This document shows, piece by piece, positions 13,401 to 28,400 of a stretch of DNA of 64,000 nucleotides (within the stretch, counting starts at the first letter, position 1; the number at the start of each line of letters is the position of its first letter). This DNA is from Macrostomum hystrix (Eukaryota; Animalia; Platyhelminthes): assembly GCA_950097015.1 (NCBI GenBank), contig CATNEN010000001.1, positions 27,466,001 through 27,530,000 of the forward strand, written 5' to 3'. Under the pieces are notes generated by a model. That model did no database searches. It had not been told where the DNA came from and saw nothing but the letters and a program-made list of their open reading frames with translations. Both the position numbers and the translations under genes were made by a program.

Positions 13401-16400
13401 TGTCCTATCCTATCCTGTCCTATCCTGTCCTATCCTGTCCTATCCTATCCTGTCCTATCCTGTCCTATCCTGTCCTATCCTATCCTATCCTATCCTGTCC
13501 TATCCTGTCCTATCCTGTCCTATCCTATCCTATCCTATCCTATCCTGTCCTATCCTATCCTATCCTATCCTGTCCTATCCTGTCCTATCCTGTGCTATCC
13601 TGTCCTATCCTGTCCTATCCTGTGCTATCCTGTCCTATCCTGTCCTATTCTATCCTGTCCTGTCCTATCCTGCCCTATTCCAGTTTCCCTGTTCCTGTTG
13701 GTCATACCCTGGCCAACTCTGAACAGTTCTGTCTCGTAGAAGCTTTGTCTTTCAGAGGCTCACTTGCTCTTCTAAGTTTTAAGATAATAGCGCGTTTTAT
13801 TAGAAAAATCAGTTTTTTTCTTTCGCATCGGTGGCTTATTTGACGCCTAATCAGTCACAAAGCATTCGATTTAGCACGCGCACCTGGCGCACTCTGACTG
13901 CACTTTTATTATTAGAAAGCCGCAGGGTGCCGCAGGCAAGTCGGACGCGCCCGCCATCAGCACTAAGCGCTTGTCGCAGCACAGCCCGGAGAAGTAAGCC
14001 AAGTTCCGGCGACTCATTCTCATAATTAGTGGCAGAAAGCTGCTACTTTTACTAACAGTAGTGCAGTTTGCGCATTATCTGTTGGCGAGCGTATTTATCG
14101 CGCTAATATTTAAGATTCTTTAAGCCTCGATATTCGCGTATTTAACCTGCGTTTTATAGCACATTTATAACAAATATATATATATTTATTTATTTATAGT
14201 GCGTGTGGTACTAGAGCTATTTATAAATATTTATCGTTCAGTGAAAGCATTAAAGCATTAATGCGCGTTGTTACTAACCAGGACACTAACCAAATGTGCT
14301 TTGCACATTATCTTAAATTTCAATGCTTTAAATGCCTTGTCTTCACCGCTAACAGTCACTCATTTATTACTTTTTCTCAGATTTTTCTGAGAAATCAAAG
14401 TTCTAATTTGAGAACTTAAACAATAAAATTTCCAATGATAAAAGTGAGTAAGTAAGTAAGTGAGTGAGTAAGTGAGCGAGTGAGTATGTGAGTGAGTAAG
14501 AAAGTGAGTGAGTAAGTGATTGAGTATGTGAGTAAGTGAGTGAGTGAGTAAGTATGTGAGTAAGTGAGTGAGTAAGTGAGTGACTAAGTGAGTGAGTGAG
14601 TAAGTGATTGAGTGAGTGGGTGAGCGAGTAAGTATGTGAGTAAGTGAGTGGGTGAGTAAGCGAGTAAGTAAGTGAGTGAGTTGCCCACTACTGAAACTCG
14701 CAGGCCGAAGCTGCTGCTTGAACTGGCTCGCCTGGCGGTGGACCAGAGCCAGTTTGAGCTGGCCAGCCAGTGCCTGACGGCCATCAAAGCCTGCCCGCCG
14801 CTGCCGGAGCAGCACTTTTACACCGAGGTGGAGATTCTCAACTGCTATTTCATTGTGAAGAAGCTGGGCCCGAACGAGGAGTCCTACGCCAAGCCTATTG
14901 TACAGGTGCGATGTACTGGCACGATAATACTAGGGCTGCGGGCAATGCCACTTTGGTGACACTAGACCCACAGACAGCGCATAGGCTAGGCGATTCGGCA
15001 CGTTTCCTGAGCACACACTCACCCAGATACTGTACGCAGGCACACGCTCAAACAGGTGTGTACATCTGCCCTGACTTTCTCATTGTCAGGCAGTGTACAC
15101 TCTCGCTGTCCCTTGGAGGTTCGAAATGTATAGAAAAGTGTTTAACATCGTTCCGTGCCCGCTGCGCAGCTCCGTCTCCAAGCGATCGAGCGCTGCCACG
15201 AGGCCCTGCTGAGCGCCAACCGACAGGGCCGGCCGGACACGATCCAGGCCGGCTGCGCCACCCAGTTCAACCTCATCCTGCCGCTGCTGCAGCCCAACCT
15301 GCGCAATCTGGTGCGCAAGCCGCTGGCCCTGCTGGCCCAGAGCCTGGAGACCATAGACAGTCTGCAGTTCCGCCTGCGCTGCCAGGTCCACATCGAGCTG
15401 GCGCGAATCGAGGCCGATCTAGAGCAGGTCAGATTGGCCCTCTCAATTCTAGCGTCTGATCCCCTGTCTAGTTTCTCCCTTGTCTCATCTCTCCCCTGTC
15501 TCATCTCTCCCCTGTCTCATCTCTCCCCTGTCTCATCTCTCCCTAGTCTCATCTCTCCCCTGTCTCATCTCTCCCCTGTCTCATCTCTCCCCTGTCTCAT
15601 CTCTCCCTAGTCTCATCTCTCCCCTGTCTTATCTCTCCCCTGTCTCATCTCTCCCCTATCTCATCTCTCCCCTGTCTCATCTCTCCCCTGTCTCATTTCT
15701 CCCCTGTCTAGTTTCTCCCTTGTCTCATCTCTCCCCTGTCTCATCTCTCCCCTGTCTCATCTCTCCCCTGTCTCATCTCTCCCCTGTCTCATCTCTCCCC
15801 TGTCTCATCTCTCCCTAGTCTCATTTCTCCCCTGTCTAGTTTCTCCCTTGTCTCATCTCTCCCCTGTCTCATCTCTCCCCTGTCTCATCTCTCCCCTGTC
15901 TCATCTCTCCCTAGTCTCATCTCTCCCCTGTCTCATCTCTCCCCTGTCTCATCTCTCCCTAGTCTCATCTCTCCCCTGTCTCATCTCTCCCCTGTCTCAT
16001 CTCTCCCCTGTCTCATCTCTCCCCTGTCTCATCTCTCCCTAGTCTCATCTCTCCCCTGTCTCATCTCTCCCCTGTCTCATCTCTCCCCTGTCTCATTTCT
16101 CCCCTGTCTCATCTCTCCCCTGTCTCATCTCTCCCCTGTCTCATCTCCTCCCTGTCTCATCTCTCCCCTGTCTCATCTCTCCCTAGTCTCATCTCTCCCC
16201 TGTCTTATCTCTCCCCTGTCTCATCTCTCCCCTATCTCATCTCTCCCCTGTCTCATCTCTCCCCTGTCTCATTTCTCCCCTGTCTAGTTTCTCCCTTGTC
16301 TCATCTCTCCCCTGTCTCATCTCTCCCCTGTCTCATCTCTCCCTAGTCTCATCTCTCCCCTGTCTCATCTCTCCCCTGTCTCATCTCTCCCTAGTCTCAT

Positions 16401-19400
16401 TTCTCCCCTGTCTAGTTTCTCCCTTGTCTCATCTCTCCCCTGTCTCATCTCTCCCCTGTCTCATCTCTCCCCTGTCTCATCTCTCCCTAGTCTCATCTCT
16501 CCCCTGTCTCATCTCTCCCCTGTCTCATCTCTCCCTAGTCTCATCTCTCCCCTGTCTCATCTCTCCCCTGTCTCATCTCTCCCCTGTCTCATCTCTCCCC
16601 TGTCTCATCTCTCCCTAGTCTCATCTCTCCCCTGTCTCATCTCTCCCCTGTCTCATCTCTCCCCTGTCTCATTTCTCCCCTGTCTCATCTCTCCCTAGTC
16701 TCATCTCTCCCCTGTCTCATTCCTCCCCTGTCTCATCTCTCCCCTGTCTCATTTCTCCCCTGTCTCATCTCTACCCTGTCTCATCTCTCCCCTGTCTCAT
16801 CTCTCCCCTGTCTCATCTCTCCCCTGTCTCATCTCTCCCCTGTCTCATCTCTCCCATGTCTCATTTCTCCCCTGTCTCATCTCTCCCCTGTCTCATCTCT
16901 CCCTAGTCTCATTTCTCCCCTGTCTCATTTCTCCCCTGTCTCATCTCTCCCCTGTCTCATCTCTCCCTAGTCTCATCTCTCCCCTGTCTCATCTCTCCCC
17001 TGTCTCATCTCTCCCCTGTCTCATCTCTCCCTAGTCTCATCTCTCCCCTGTCTCATCTCTCCCCTGTCTCATCTCTCCCCTGTCTCATCTCTCCCTAGTC
17101 TCATCTCTCCCCTGTCTCATTCCTCCCCTGTCTCATCTCTCCCCTGTCTCATTTCTCCCCTGTCTCATCTCTACCCTGTCTCATTTCTCCCCTGTCTCAT
17201 CTCTCCCCTGTCTCATCTCTCCCCTGTCTAATCTCTCCCCTGTCTCATCTCTACACTGTCTCTCCCCTGTCTCATTTCTACCCTGTCTCATCTCTGCCCT
17301 GTCACATCTCTCCTCTGTCTCTACCCTTTCACATCTCTACTTAGTATCTTCCTTGTCCCACTTGTGTGCCCCAACAATGTGGAGCTGCCATTTTATCAAA
17401 CTGGTAGGTCCAGCCAGCGCTGGAACACCTGCGAAAGGCGGCCAGCTTTGACGACTTCTCCGAGTACCGCGAAGGCATTGCGGCCATGCAGAAGCGGCTG
17501 CTGCTGCGCTCCGAGCTATACAAGGAGCCGGACAGCCCGGAGGACCGCGCCTGCCAGATGCTGGAGCAGGCCCAGGTTAGTCATTTTCTGAGAGATCGCC
17601 TACTTACAGTAGCCAGATATGAATATGAGATAGCGAATTCTGCCTAAATACATAAACTACCATGCACTGACATGATGCAGTGACAAAAATACATCCAATA
17701 TCCAATATCCAAACCAATAGAATCTGAGTAGGCTGCTAATGAGTGCATGCAGAGTTATACATGCTAGTACAAAGCATGAGCATCACTGATCAAGGATAGA
17801 TAATAATAATAATAATAATTGCAGGAGGGCTGCTGGCAATGACACATCATTTGGTGACACTAGACCCGCAGCCAGCGAGGAGGCAATTCTGCCCATTTCG
17901 CTGGCTCCTGAGCACACACGCACAGATACCGTACGCAGGCACACGTTCCCACAGGGGGTGTGTACATTTGCCTTCACTTTCTCATCGTCAGGCAGTGTAC
18001 ACTCTCACTGTGCCTTGGAGGTTGGCCCTTAAGGGCGTAAATTGCACGACAAGCCCCCAAGCCTTCTCTCCGCCGCTGCGCCCCAAATGAATGCGGCCTC
18101 GCCACGGAATCGAGCTCAGGGACCTTGGTACGAGAAAGGTGCAAACGCGTCAACTGCTCTGCCACCGACCCCATTAGTTGGCATGATGCTCATGGTGCAA
18201 AATCGAAATCGCAAAATCTAGAGGAAAGTGCGCAGGTAGCTTATTCCTGTTAGCAAACTACATTGACCGTCAGTCACAAGATAAATCAGCGAATACAGTT
18301 CTACTGTACTCTCAACAACACCCCGACCTACAGGCTGCCTCCGGCAAGGCCGTCGTGGTCCGCATGAGGCGCGCGCTGCTGGCGCAGGTCGGCCTGGCGC
18401 TAGCGCCGGACGCATTCGGCGCCGCCATGGAGGCTGAGGCGGCTGGCGCTGGAAGCAGCGGGCAGCCGAAGCTGGGAGACCCCACCCAGCTTCACCTGTA
18501 CGCTGGTGAGCCATCCCGCTTGTGCACCTACCTCTACAGCATTATTTCCGCTTCTAATAGTCTATGGTACACAGGCACAAGCTATCACAGGTGTGGCCTG
18601 TACAACACCACCACACATACTGCCTTAGATGTCTGATCATCAGCAATTCTCACTGCGGTTTTGGTATTGGCCTACATGGGCGTAAATTGCACGACAAGCC
18701 CCCGAGCGTTCTCTCCACGTGAATGTGGCCTCGCCGCGGAATCGAGCTCAGGGGACCTTGGAGCTACAGGCAAACGCTAGGCTACTAACCCCCCTCACTA
18801 GAATGCCCGTAACCCAAGCTGGGCCAGACGTACAGCCAGCCACAGCGAGCCATCTGAACGTTGCATACGTATGTTCAGTCCATGGACTGGGGAGACGCGA
18901 CACCCACCCTCAATTACCCTAGCTAATGCTGGTACCCATTTAACAGCTGGCTGAAATGAAGCATTGCAGAGAGAGTTAAGAATCTTGCTAAAGGACACAA
19001 ATTGTTCCGGCGTAGTCAGGAATCGAACCCCCGACCTTGAAGTCGTAAATCTGACGCTCAAACCAAAAGGCTACATCCCTCTTAATTATTTATAATATTA
19101 AGATCCCAACCGCAGATTCCCCACCACAATCGCCCTCCGCAGCCAAGGCAACCCAGTACCGGCAGTCCATCGAGAAGATCGCCGGCCATCTGAAGCGCCT
19201 CGGTGCTACCAACGATCGCGTGAGGGCTCGTCTGTGGGCCGATCTCGCCCGCACCGCCCGCAGCCAGGAGGTCTGGGACGTCTGCCGCGTGGCGTGCAGG
19301 TTCTGCCTGCTCTATGACGATGGCCGATGGAAAAACCCTCTGCCTCAGGTGGGGTGGATGCTCGACGTGGGAAAACCTTGAGCACAATCTTGAGCACAAC

Positions 19401-22400
19401 TATTATGGATTCCTCATTTCTCCTTTGGATTCCTCGTGGCAGCTCATCTCACCTTCAGGACAGCTCATCTCACCTTCAGGACAGCTCATCTCACCTTCAG
19501 GACAGCTCATCTCACCTTCAGGACAGCTCATCTCTCCTTCAGGACAGCTCATCTCACCTTCAGGACAGCTCATCTCTCCTTCAGGACAGCTCATCTCTCC
19601 TTCAGGACAGCTAATCTCACCTTCAGGACAGCTCATCTCTCCTTCAGGTCAGCTCATCTCTCCTTCAGGGCAGCTCATCTCCCCTTCAGTATAATTACAA
19701 GTAGAATGCACAAGGGTCTTGAGCAGTCATGAAGAGACTATGTAAATGTTGACCCAACCCATCGCCCGGTTCCAAAGCAGGCCAAGCCAGAGACGGACCC
19801 AAAGAAGAAGAAGAAGCAGCAGACCAGCCCGGACCCGACTCAGTCGTCACAGCAGCAGCAGCAGCAGTCGGGCAGTGGAAACGCCTCCGACGATCACGAC
19901 AGCGACGCGGAGAAGAGCAAGCGCGGCTCTGTTGACTCGCGCGGCGGCTCCGACGCTTTCCTGGACGGCGCCGGCACGATGGCTCCGGCTGCGAAGCCGA
20001 ACCTGTACGAGAAGGAACTGGTGCGCACCCTGGCGGAGATTGGCTTCATCTGCGCCGAGTCACACATTCACCTGGTCCGTTCCGAGGGCGTGCAGCTGTA
20101 CGAGCGGCCTCTGCCGCCGAAGGACACCAGGAAATTGCCGCGCGGCCACGCCAAGAAGGACCCGGAAGCTGACCCGGACTGGAACACCTACTGCGACTGG
20201 GTGACCGAAATGTCCGCCTACTGCCTGGCTTGCTTCGTTCGGTGAGTCCTTAACTGACAGTTGATTAGTTGTGGCCTGGCGGTTTGAGCGTCGGACTCAC
20301 GACTTCAAGGTCGGAGGTTCGATTCCTGACTCCATTGGAGCACTTAGCACTGAATTGCTTCAGTTCACCCAGCTATTAAATAAGAGCCAGCATCAGCTGA
20401 GGTAATTGAGGGTGGGAGTGGCGTCCCCCAGTCCGTGGACTGAACAGCTGTACGCAGCCTTCAGATGCACAGTGCAATAGCTGAGGCCAGATTTAGGCAG
20501 GTGCAATGAATTATCATTATTATTAATTTTTAATTAATCATGACAGTTAATATTATTTGTAGCTCTGGTTGGATAAGGTATCAAGGGAGTTGATGCACCT
20601 GATGCACCTGAAATCCTGAGCTCGAAACTTTTTAATCACTAATAGTTCGTGGAGCAAAAACGATTAACAAAACGAGCAAAAAAATTAATCCGATTTTCTA
20701 CTTTTTTAATCAAATACGAAGTGACTTTCGCTTTGTAACTAACGCGTCTTTGAGCTGAGTTGAAACTTGCTGACAATCGGATGTTTTCCAAACTTTTACA
20801 CGGGGAATTTTGAAAAAAAGCAAGTACTCTCCATCGGTCACGTAGACAAGGCTTTCTTATTCGTTGAAATTTCCATCGCAGGGATTCTAAGAAAGTGAGA
20901 AAAAATCAACCAATTGACCCTTTAAACTCTCAAAGGCCACATTTCGCTTCCATATAAGACGTTGACAGTCTATGCAGAGACAAAACCTGCCTTGAGATGC
21001 CATCTGTTGACACTCACCGAAATGCTGCGTGAAGTCTTGGCTAGTCCGTGGAATTCTCTGCACCTGGAATCATCTACAATTCCCAGGCTTTGCTAGTCAC
21101 CAGCAGGACTTGCACGCCCGGGATAGTCAGACTCACCGAAAAGTTTATCAGCTTATCAAAGCTTATCAAAGTTTACTTTCACCTGACGGATCCTGCATGT
21201 ACTGAAATGGTTGCATTGCAAGGCAGAATAAATATGAAGTATGCAGCATTCTACATGTAGCTGAGTTCAGAATGTTAGAAGTAGTATTGAACAAACTGAC
21301 TCAGATTTCGCCTAGCAAAGCACGACACTTGAAAAGTGTTCAAACAGAAAGTTTCTTTATTTCTAGGTGGAAAAATATGTATTTCGTGCTATAGGTGAGG
21401 AGTTGGACTACTGTTCCTGTTCTCCGCGTTCTCTTGCGCAGCTCTTGCGTGGTTCCGGTCCGGTTCAGGATTTTCCTATTTCTAACGCTAACGTTCTAAC
21501 GCGCTGCCTCCAAGGCACAGTGAGAGTGTACACTGCCTGACGATGAGAAAGTCAGGGCAGATGGGACCAGGCGGGACTTTAGTTGGACCCCTCGATTGCA
21601 CGATTTCTCAGCACGACACTAACCTTGCGGTCAGCCCCATAAACATAGCCGCCTGATTTCCGCCCGGTGATTCACACCGGGACTCATTCATTCCTGGCTT
21701 CGTGCTGTCTCTGTAGAGATTTTCCTGCACGCTAACGGGGGCTGAGCTTCTTTGTAGATCGCCTCACATGATGCCGGAGGCCACTTTCAGCTCGCTCCAG
21801 AGCCTCCAGACACGATTTTGATACCTAGACTTGAGTCGGTCGTGGGGACACAGCCAGTTTCCATTGAGAGGGAAATTTCACCTTCGCGTGTCATCAAAGC
21901 AGTGAAAAATGCAGGTGACACCATCATTCGCTACAAATGTTAGAATTCCTTTTTAACGGAATTCCATTGTCTGTGCGAAGACTGGTAAGACTCCGCATAC
22001 TTGTCTTTGGTCAATTGGTGCGGTCACAAAAATATGTCCAAATTCAAGCCTTCAAATTTGAATTATTTTATGCCACAACCTTAGCTTAGAAACGCAGGTA
22101 GAAGACTCATTGACGTGTATTTTGAAGCGTACAAGTGAAGCTTGTCGCTCATGTTGCTAAGTTTGACATAAACTACGAGCTATAATAAATAGCAACCAAC
22201 TTGCTAAGGTGAGCTGCCGTGTGAAAAACAGGCGTCTATTGAATTGTTGAGGATTCCAGTGAACGGATACTCGTAATTGAGGACACTCACTTAAACGGAA
22301 TGGCTTGTCCCGACTCCATGCCTGCTTCAAATATTTTTTCTTCCTATTGTAAAACTTCTCTTTGTCAAGGAATAGTTTTACCTGTTTCGTGAATTCCTAT

Positions 22401-25400
22401 GTTGCTTTCTGTTTCAAAAGCAGGTTCTCAGTGTCCTTATTTTCCTGTGCGCCAGTGCCGCTGAGGGGAGAGAGAGAAAGTGAGAGTTCAGTGCAGAAAA
22501 CAGTCGACTATTGTACTGGAACAAAAAACTTTGAGCTCTTGGATTTCTTTGACAGAAATTGACTCAATTTCTTAAAAAAAACTAATTGAACCATTTCAAC
22601 GTTTGTCAGTATATCGCATTAGATTAGACTATACGTAGGTGGATTAACAATAAGAACGCTAGAAATTTGTCTCCAGCTAGCAGTCTCAGCCACACAGGTA
22701 GCAGTCTCAGCCACACAGGTAGTAGTCTCAGCCACACAGGTAGTAGTCTCAGCCACACAGGTAGTAGTCTCAGCCACGCAGCTAGTAGTCTCAGCCACGC
22801 AGGTAGCAGTCTCAGCCACACAGGTAGTAGTCTCAGCCACACAGGTAGTAGTCTCAGCCACACAGGTAGTAGTCTCAGCCACACAGGTAGCAGTCTCAGC
22901 CACACAGGTAGTAGTCTCAGCCACACAGGTAGTAGTCTCAGCCACACAGGTATTAGTCTCAGCCACACAGGTAGTAGTCTCAGCCACACAGGTAGTAGTC
23001 TCAGCCACACAGGTAGTAGTCTCAGCCACGCAGGTAGCAGTCTCAGCCACACAGGTAGTAGTCTCAGCCACACAGGTAGTAGTCTCAGCCACACAGGTAG
23101 TAGTCTCAGCCACACAGGTAGCAGTCTCAGCCACACAGGTAGTAGTCTCAGCCACACAGGTAGTAGTCTCAGCCACACAGGTATTAGTCTCAGCCACACA
23201 GGTAGTAGTCTCAGCCACACAGGTAGTAGTCTCAGCCACACAGGTAGTAGTCTCAGCCACGCAGGTAGCAGTCTCAGCCACACAGGTAGTAGTCTCAGCC
23301 ACGCAGGTATCAGTCTCAGCCACACAGGTAGTAGTCTCAGCCACGCAGGTAGCAGTCTCAGCCACACAGGTAGTAAACTCAGCCACACAGGTATTAGTCT
23401 CAGCCACACAGGTAGCAGTCTCAGCCTCGCAGGTAGTAGTCTCAGCCACACAGGTAGCAGTCTCAGCCACACAGGTAGTAGTCTCAGCCACACAGGTAGT
23501 AGTCTCAGCCACGCAGGTAGCAGTCTCAGCCACACAGGTAGTAGTCTCAGCCACGCAGGTAGCAGTCTCAGCCACACAGGTAGTAAACTCAGCCACACAG
23601 GTATTAGTCTCAGCCACACAGGTAGCAGTCTCAGCCACACAGGTAGTAGTCTCAGCCACACAGGTAGTAAACTCAGCCACACAGGTAGTAAACTCAGCCA
23701 CACAGGTATTAGTCTCAGCCACACAGGTAGCAGTCTCAGCCACACAGGTAATAGTCTCAGCCACGCAGGTAGCAGTCTCAGCCACACAGGTAGTAAACTC
23801 AGCCACACAGGTATTAGTCTCAGCCACACAGGTAGTAGTCTCAGCCACACAGCTAGTAGTCTCAGCCACGCAGGTAGCAGTCTCAGCCACACAGGTAGTA
23901 GTCTCAGCCACATAGGTATTAGTCTCAGCCACACAGGTAGTAGTCTCAGCCACACAGCTAGTAGTCTCAGCCACACAGCTAGTAGTCTCAGCCACGCAGG
24001 TAGCAGTCTCAGCCACACAGGTAGTAGTCTCAGCCACGCAGGTAGCAGTCTCAGCCACGCAGGTAGTAGTCTCAGCCACACAGGTAGTAGTCTCAGCCAC
24101 ATAGGTATTAGTCTCAGCCACACAGGTAGTAGTCTCAGCCACACAGGTAGTAGTCTCAGCCACACAGGTAGTAGTCTCAGCCACATAGGTATTAGTCTCA
24201 GCCACACAGGTAGTAGTCTCAGCCACACAGGTAGTAGTCTCAGCCACACAGGTATTAGTCTCAGCCACACAGGTAGTAGTCTCAGCCACACAGCTAGTAG
24301 TCTCAGCCACGCAGGTAGCAGTCTCAGCCACACAGGTAGTAGTCTCAGCCACATAGGTATTAGTCTCAGCCACACAGGTAGTAGTCTCAGCCACACAGGT
24401 AGTAGTCTCAGCCACACAGCTAGTAGTCTCAGCCACGCAGGTAGCAGTCTCAGCCACACAGGTAGTAGTCTCAGCCACGCAGGTAGCAGTCTCAGCCACG
24501 CAGGTAGCAGTCTCAGCCACACAGGTAGTAGTCTCAGCCACATAGGTATTAGTCTCAGCCACACAGGTAGTAGTCTCAGCCACACAGGTAGTAGTCTCAG
24601 CCACGCAGGTAGCAGTCTCAGCCACACAGGTAGTAGTCTCAGCCACGCAGGTAGCAGTCTCAGCCACGCAGGTAGCAGTCTCAGCCACACAGGTAGTAAA
24701 CTCAGCCACACAGGTATTAGTCTCAGCCACACAGGTAGCAGTCTCAGCCACACAGGTAGTAGTCTCAGCCACGCAGGTAGCAGTCTCAGCCACACAGGTA
24801 GTAAACTCAGCCACACAGGTATTAGTCTCAGCCACACAGGTAGTAGTCTCAGCCACGCAGGTAGCAGTCTCAGCCACACAGGTAGTAGTCTCAGCCACAT
24901 AGGTAGTAGTCTCAGCCACGCAGGTAGCAGTCTCAGCCACACAGGTAGTAGTCTCAGCCCCATAGGTAGTAAACTCAGCCACACAGGTATTAGTCTCAGC
25001 CACACAGGTAGTAAACTCAGCCACACAGGTAGCAGTCTCAGCCACACAGGTAGTAGTCTCAGCCACACAGGTAGCAGTCTCAGCCACGCAGGTAGTAGTC
25101 TCAGCCACGCAGGTAGTAAACTCAGCCACACAGGTATTAGTCTCAGCCACACAGGTAGTAAACTCAGCCACACAGGTATTAGTCTCAGCCACACAGGTAG
25201 CAGTCTCAGCCACGCAGGTAGTAGTCTCAGCCACACAGGTATTAGTCTCAGCCACACAGGTAGTAGTCTCAGCCACACAGATATTAGTCTCAGCCACACT
25301 GGTAAGCAGTCTCAGCCACGCAGGTAGTAGTCTCAGCCACGCAGGTAGTAGTCTCCAACGATGTCAATCAGGCTGGCAGGCGGATAGGCGAACCTGAGCA

Positions 25401-28400
25401 GGTGGCACAGCTGCTGCTGCTGAGAGAAGACCACAGCTGGACAGACAGGACTAGCTCCACACTGAGCGGTGCACTCGATGCTGGATGTCGCAGCGAATGT
25501 CCAGAAGGTGGCTGTTGTGGCCACCACCGTCTGACTTGGCCTTGGCTTCTTGATGAACGAATTCTTATCTGAAGCAGTTCGAGTGAGCTTCTCAGAGGTA
25601 ATTAAAAGCTCAAGTAGCAGTAACAGGTGAGCGAGACTCACTGGGGTAGGTCTGGGCGAACACCGAGTTGTGGTTCGCCGCGCCGCACTTCTGTGCTGAG
25701 TTTCCCGGACACGTATCGCTGCAGTCGGTCTCATTGGCAGCTCCTTGAGACCCGTAAGACAGGCCGCAGAAGCACTGGTACCTGTACTGCATTCCGAAGT
25801 AAGGAAACCCGCCCAGTGCGCAGACGTTGCTGCAGAGCTGGCGGGACATGCTGCCGCTCCAGCTGAACGGAATCCCGCCAATGTTGCTCACTTCATTAAG
25901 GGCATTCAAGTCTCTCTCACCTGACTTGTTGTCAATGAAGCAGCCCAGGTAGGAGAACTCAACCACCCTGGCAGCCGCGAGGCAGACAAGAACGCAGCAG
26001 AGAGCGGAGACCAGAAGCATGGTGCGATGCTGAATTTCTGATTCTGATTCAGCACCTGGCCTGGTTTCCAAAGCTCATTTATAGGATAACTAAGCAGGTG
26101 CTTTTTGTCCAGCTTCCAATCAGACAAACTGAGCTAGCCAATAGAAGGAGTTTTGAGCTGCATGTAGCTAGAGGTGTCAAAATTTCTACAGTGAGTACAG
26201 AGTGAGTAGTATTGAGTTCAAAATAGTGAGCACTGAATCAGTCTTCGTGAAAGATATTCGTAAATAAAAAACCTACCATTGTATCCCACTTAACGTGCGA
26301 CTTACATTGCTAAGATTAAATAAAATAGTAAGACACTCTTCATGGGCTTAACATCGAAGCAGCGATGATGTCTATTTTAAATATCTTTAAATATGTGCTG
26401 CAATTTGAGTCCCTTCATTCGCTGGAGCGCAGCTTATCACATGCTTGGCTATCAGGTCTGTCAATAATGTTCGGGCACACATGTAGGAATAGTCTCAGCC
26501 ACACAGGTAGTAGTCTCAGCCACACAGGTAGTAGTCTCAGCCACACAGGTAGTAGTCTCAGCCACACAGGTAGCAGTCTCAGCCACACAGGTAGTAGTCT
26601 CAGCCACACAGGTAGTAGTCTCATCCCCACAGGTAGTAGTCTCAGCCACACAGGTAGCAGTCTCAGCCCCACAGGTAGTAGTCTCAGCCACACAGGTAGC
26701 AGTCTCAGCCACACAGGTAGCAGTCTCAGCCACACAGGTAGTAGTCTCAGCCACACAGGTAGTAGTCTCAGCCACACAGGTAGTAGTCTCAGCCACACAG
26801 GTAGTAGTCTCAGCCACACAGGTAGTAGTCTCATCCCCACAGGTAGTAGTCTCAGCCACACAGGTAGCAGTCTCAGCCACGCAGGTAGTACTCGTAGTCT
26901 CCAGCGATGCTGCTCAGGCTGGCAGGTGGGTAGGCGAACCTGAGCAGGTGGCACAGCTGCAGCTGAGCGGAGAAGATCACAGCCTGGCAGTCATCCCTGG
27001 CTCCGCAAAGAGCCGAGCACTCGATGATGGAGGTCGCATTTCTGATCCAGAAAGTTTTTATCGTAGCCACCACCGTCAGACTGGGCTTTGGAGCTTTTGA
27101 CACGATTTGCTTGCCTGAAACATGATCAAGCGAGTTATGCCCAAACGAGTTCAGTCCATGGACTGGGTAGATGCCTTTTACTTTTACTTAATTGCAGGGG
27201 GGCCTGGGGCACTTGACGCACAAGCGCAGGAACGGCATGCCCCGAGGCCGGCGAACTAGGCAGGAGCCGCCCATCGCGCCATCTAGACCCCTGACACAGG
27301 CACCTCACACAGCCGCAAGCCAAGCGGGGAAGGGGGCGGCAGCCGGAGTGCCTGGACTTAGATGCCTGAAGGGTAGGGACGAGAGGACCAAGCCACGCGC
27401 GCAGACGGCTGGTGAAACCTCGCCGCTCAGAGCACGCATGGCTGGTGCACGGGCTCCACCCCCATACAACGCCTCACACCCGACCCTGCGCACAAACACA
27501 AACACAAACAAGCAGGCATGCTGACGGCAGGGGTTAAGCTATTTAAAATTAGCTTTGGTTGCACAGAATAAGGCGCATCTCCGCAAGTCACTACTTCGCA
27601 AACCTCCAACTATGCCCCGAAATAATCGTGACTTGGAGGGAGGAACGAACCAGCGACCATTGGAAAGTGAGGCAGCGACATTAGCCGCTAAACCACTCAC
27701 CCCCTTTGGGAGATGCCACACCCACCATAAATTACCCCAGCTAATGCTGGCACCTATTTAACAGCTGCGTGAGCTGTAGGAATGCAGATTCAAGTGTCCT
27801 GCTAAAGGACAGAGATAGTTCCAGTAGAGTCAAGAATTGAAACCCCGACCTTCATGTGAGCGTTCCACAGCAACTAGCTGAGGAGTTTACCAGGGTAGGT
27901 CTGCGCAAAAACGGAGTTTCGCCAGCTGTTGCCGCACTTCTGTGTCGAGTTTCCTGAGCACAGCATGCTGCAGTCGGTCTCTTTGGCAGCTCCCTTGGAG
28001 CCGTAGGACTGGCCGCAGTAGCACTGCCTGCCGTACTGCAGGCTAAAGTACGGGAATCCGCCCAGCGAGCAGACATTGCTGCAGAACTCGTGGGTCATGC
28101 TGTTGCTTGTCACACCGTATAAGAGAGTAGCGCTGCGTCCGCCAATGCTGCTCACACCGGCTAGTCCGTGGACGTCTATGGCGGATGTATCCACGAAGCA
28201 GCCGATGTAGGAGAACTCAGCCACCCTGGCAGCGGCGAGGACCGGCAGAACGAAGCAGAGAGTCGCGACCGGGGACGCGATCATGTTTTGAAGATTTTTA
28301 GCGTGTCTGTGGATGCATGGCCATCTTTTGCTTAGCATTTTATACATTTTAAGGGGCTGTTTTCCCACGAGTTGAAGACGATCGCGCTTGGCGTTGCAAG

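Noticed and set aside
14040-14360. Cluster of TACTAAC-like motifs and a small hairpin as a micro-exon or ncRNA
   Set aside because: No convincing exon boundaries or snoRNA boxes, and the flanking exons already join in phase.
21560-22560. Possible decayed coding or transposase sequence (also 41270-41830)
   Set aside because: The frames I tried had stops and no recognisable motifs.
22619-25327. ~890-aa ORFs (CVAETTT)n, (WLRLLPV)n and (SSLSHTG)n as mucin- or antifreeze-like proteins, and the similar ORFs at 26365-26954 and 42111-44403
   Set aside because: They are the stop-free frames of a 21-bp repeat. The real gene frame stops in the first unit, and I see no splice route into the Thr-rich frame.
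26490-26890. Poly-selenoprotein reading (DYYLCGU)n by UGA recoding
   Set aside because: The CGU motif is tempting, but arrays A and C leave the frame within three units, array A has TAA variants, and I could not identify a SECIS element. Only array B stays in frame.
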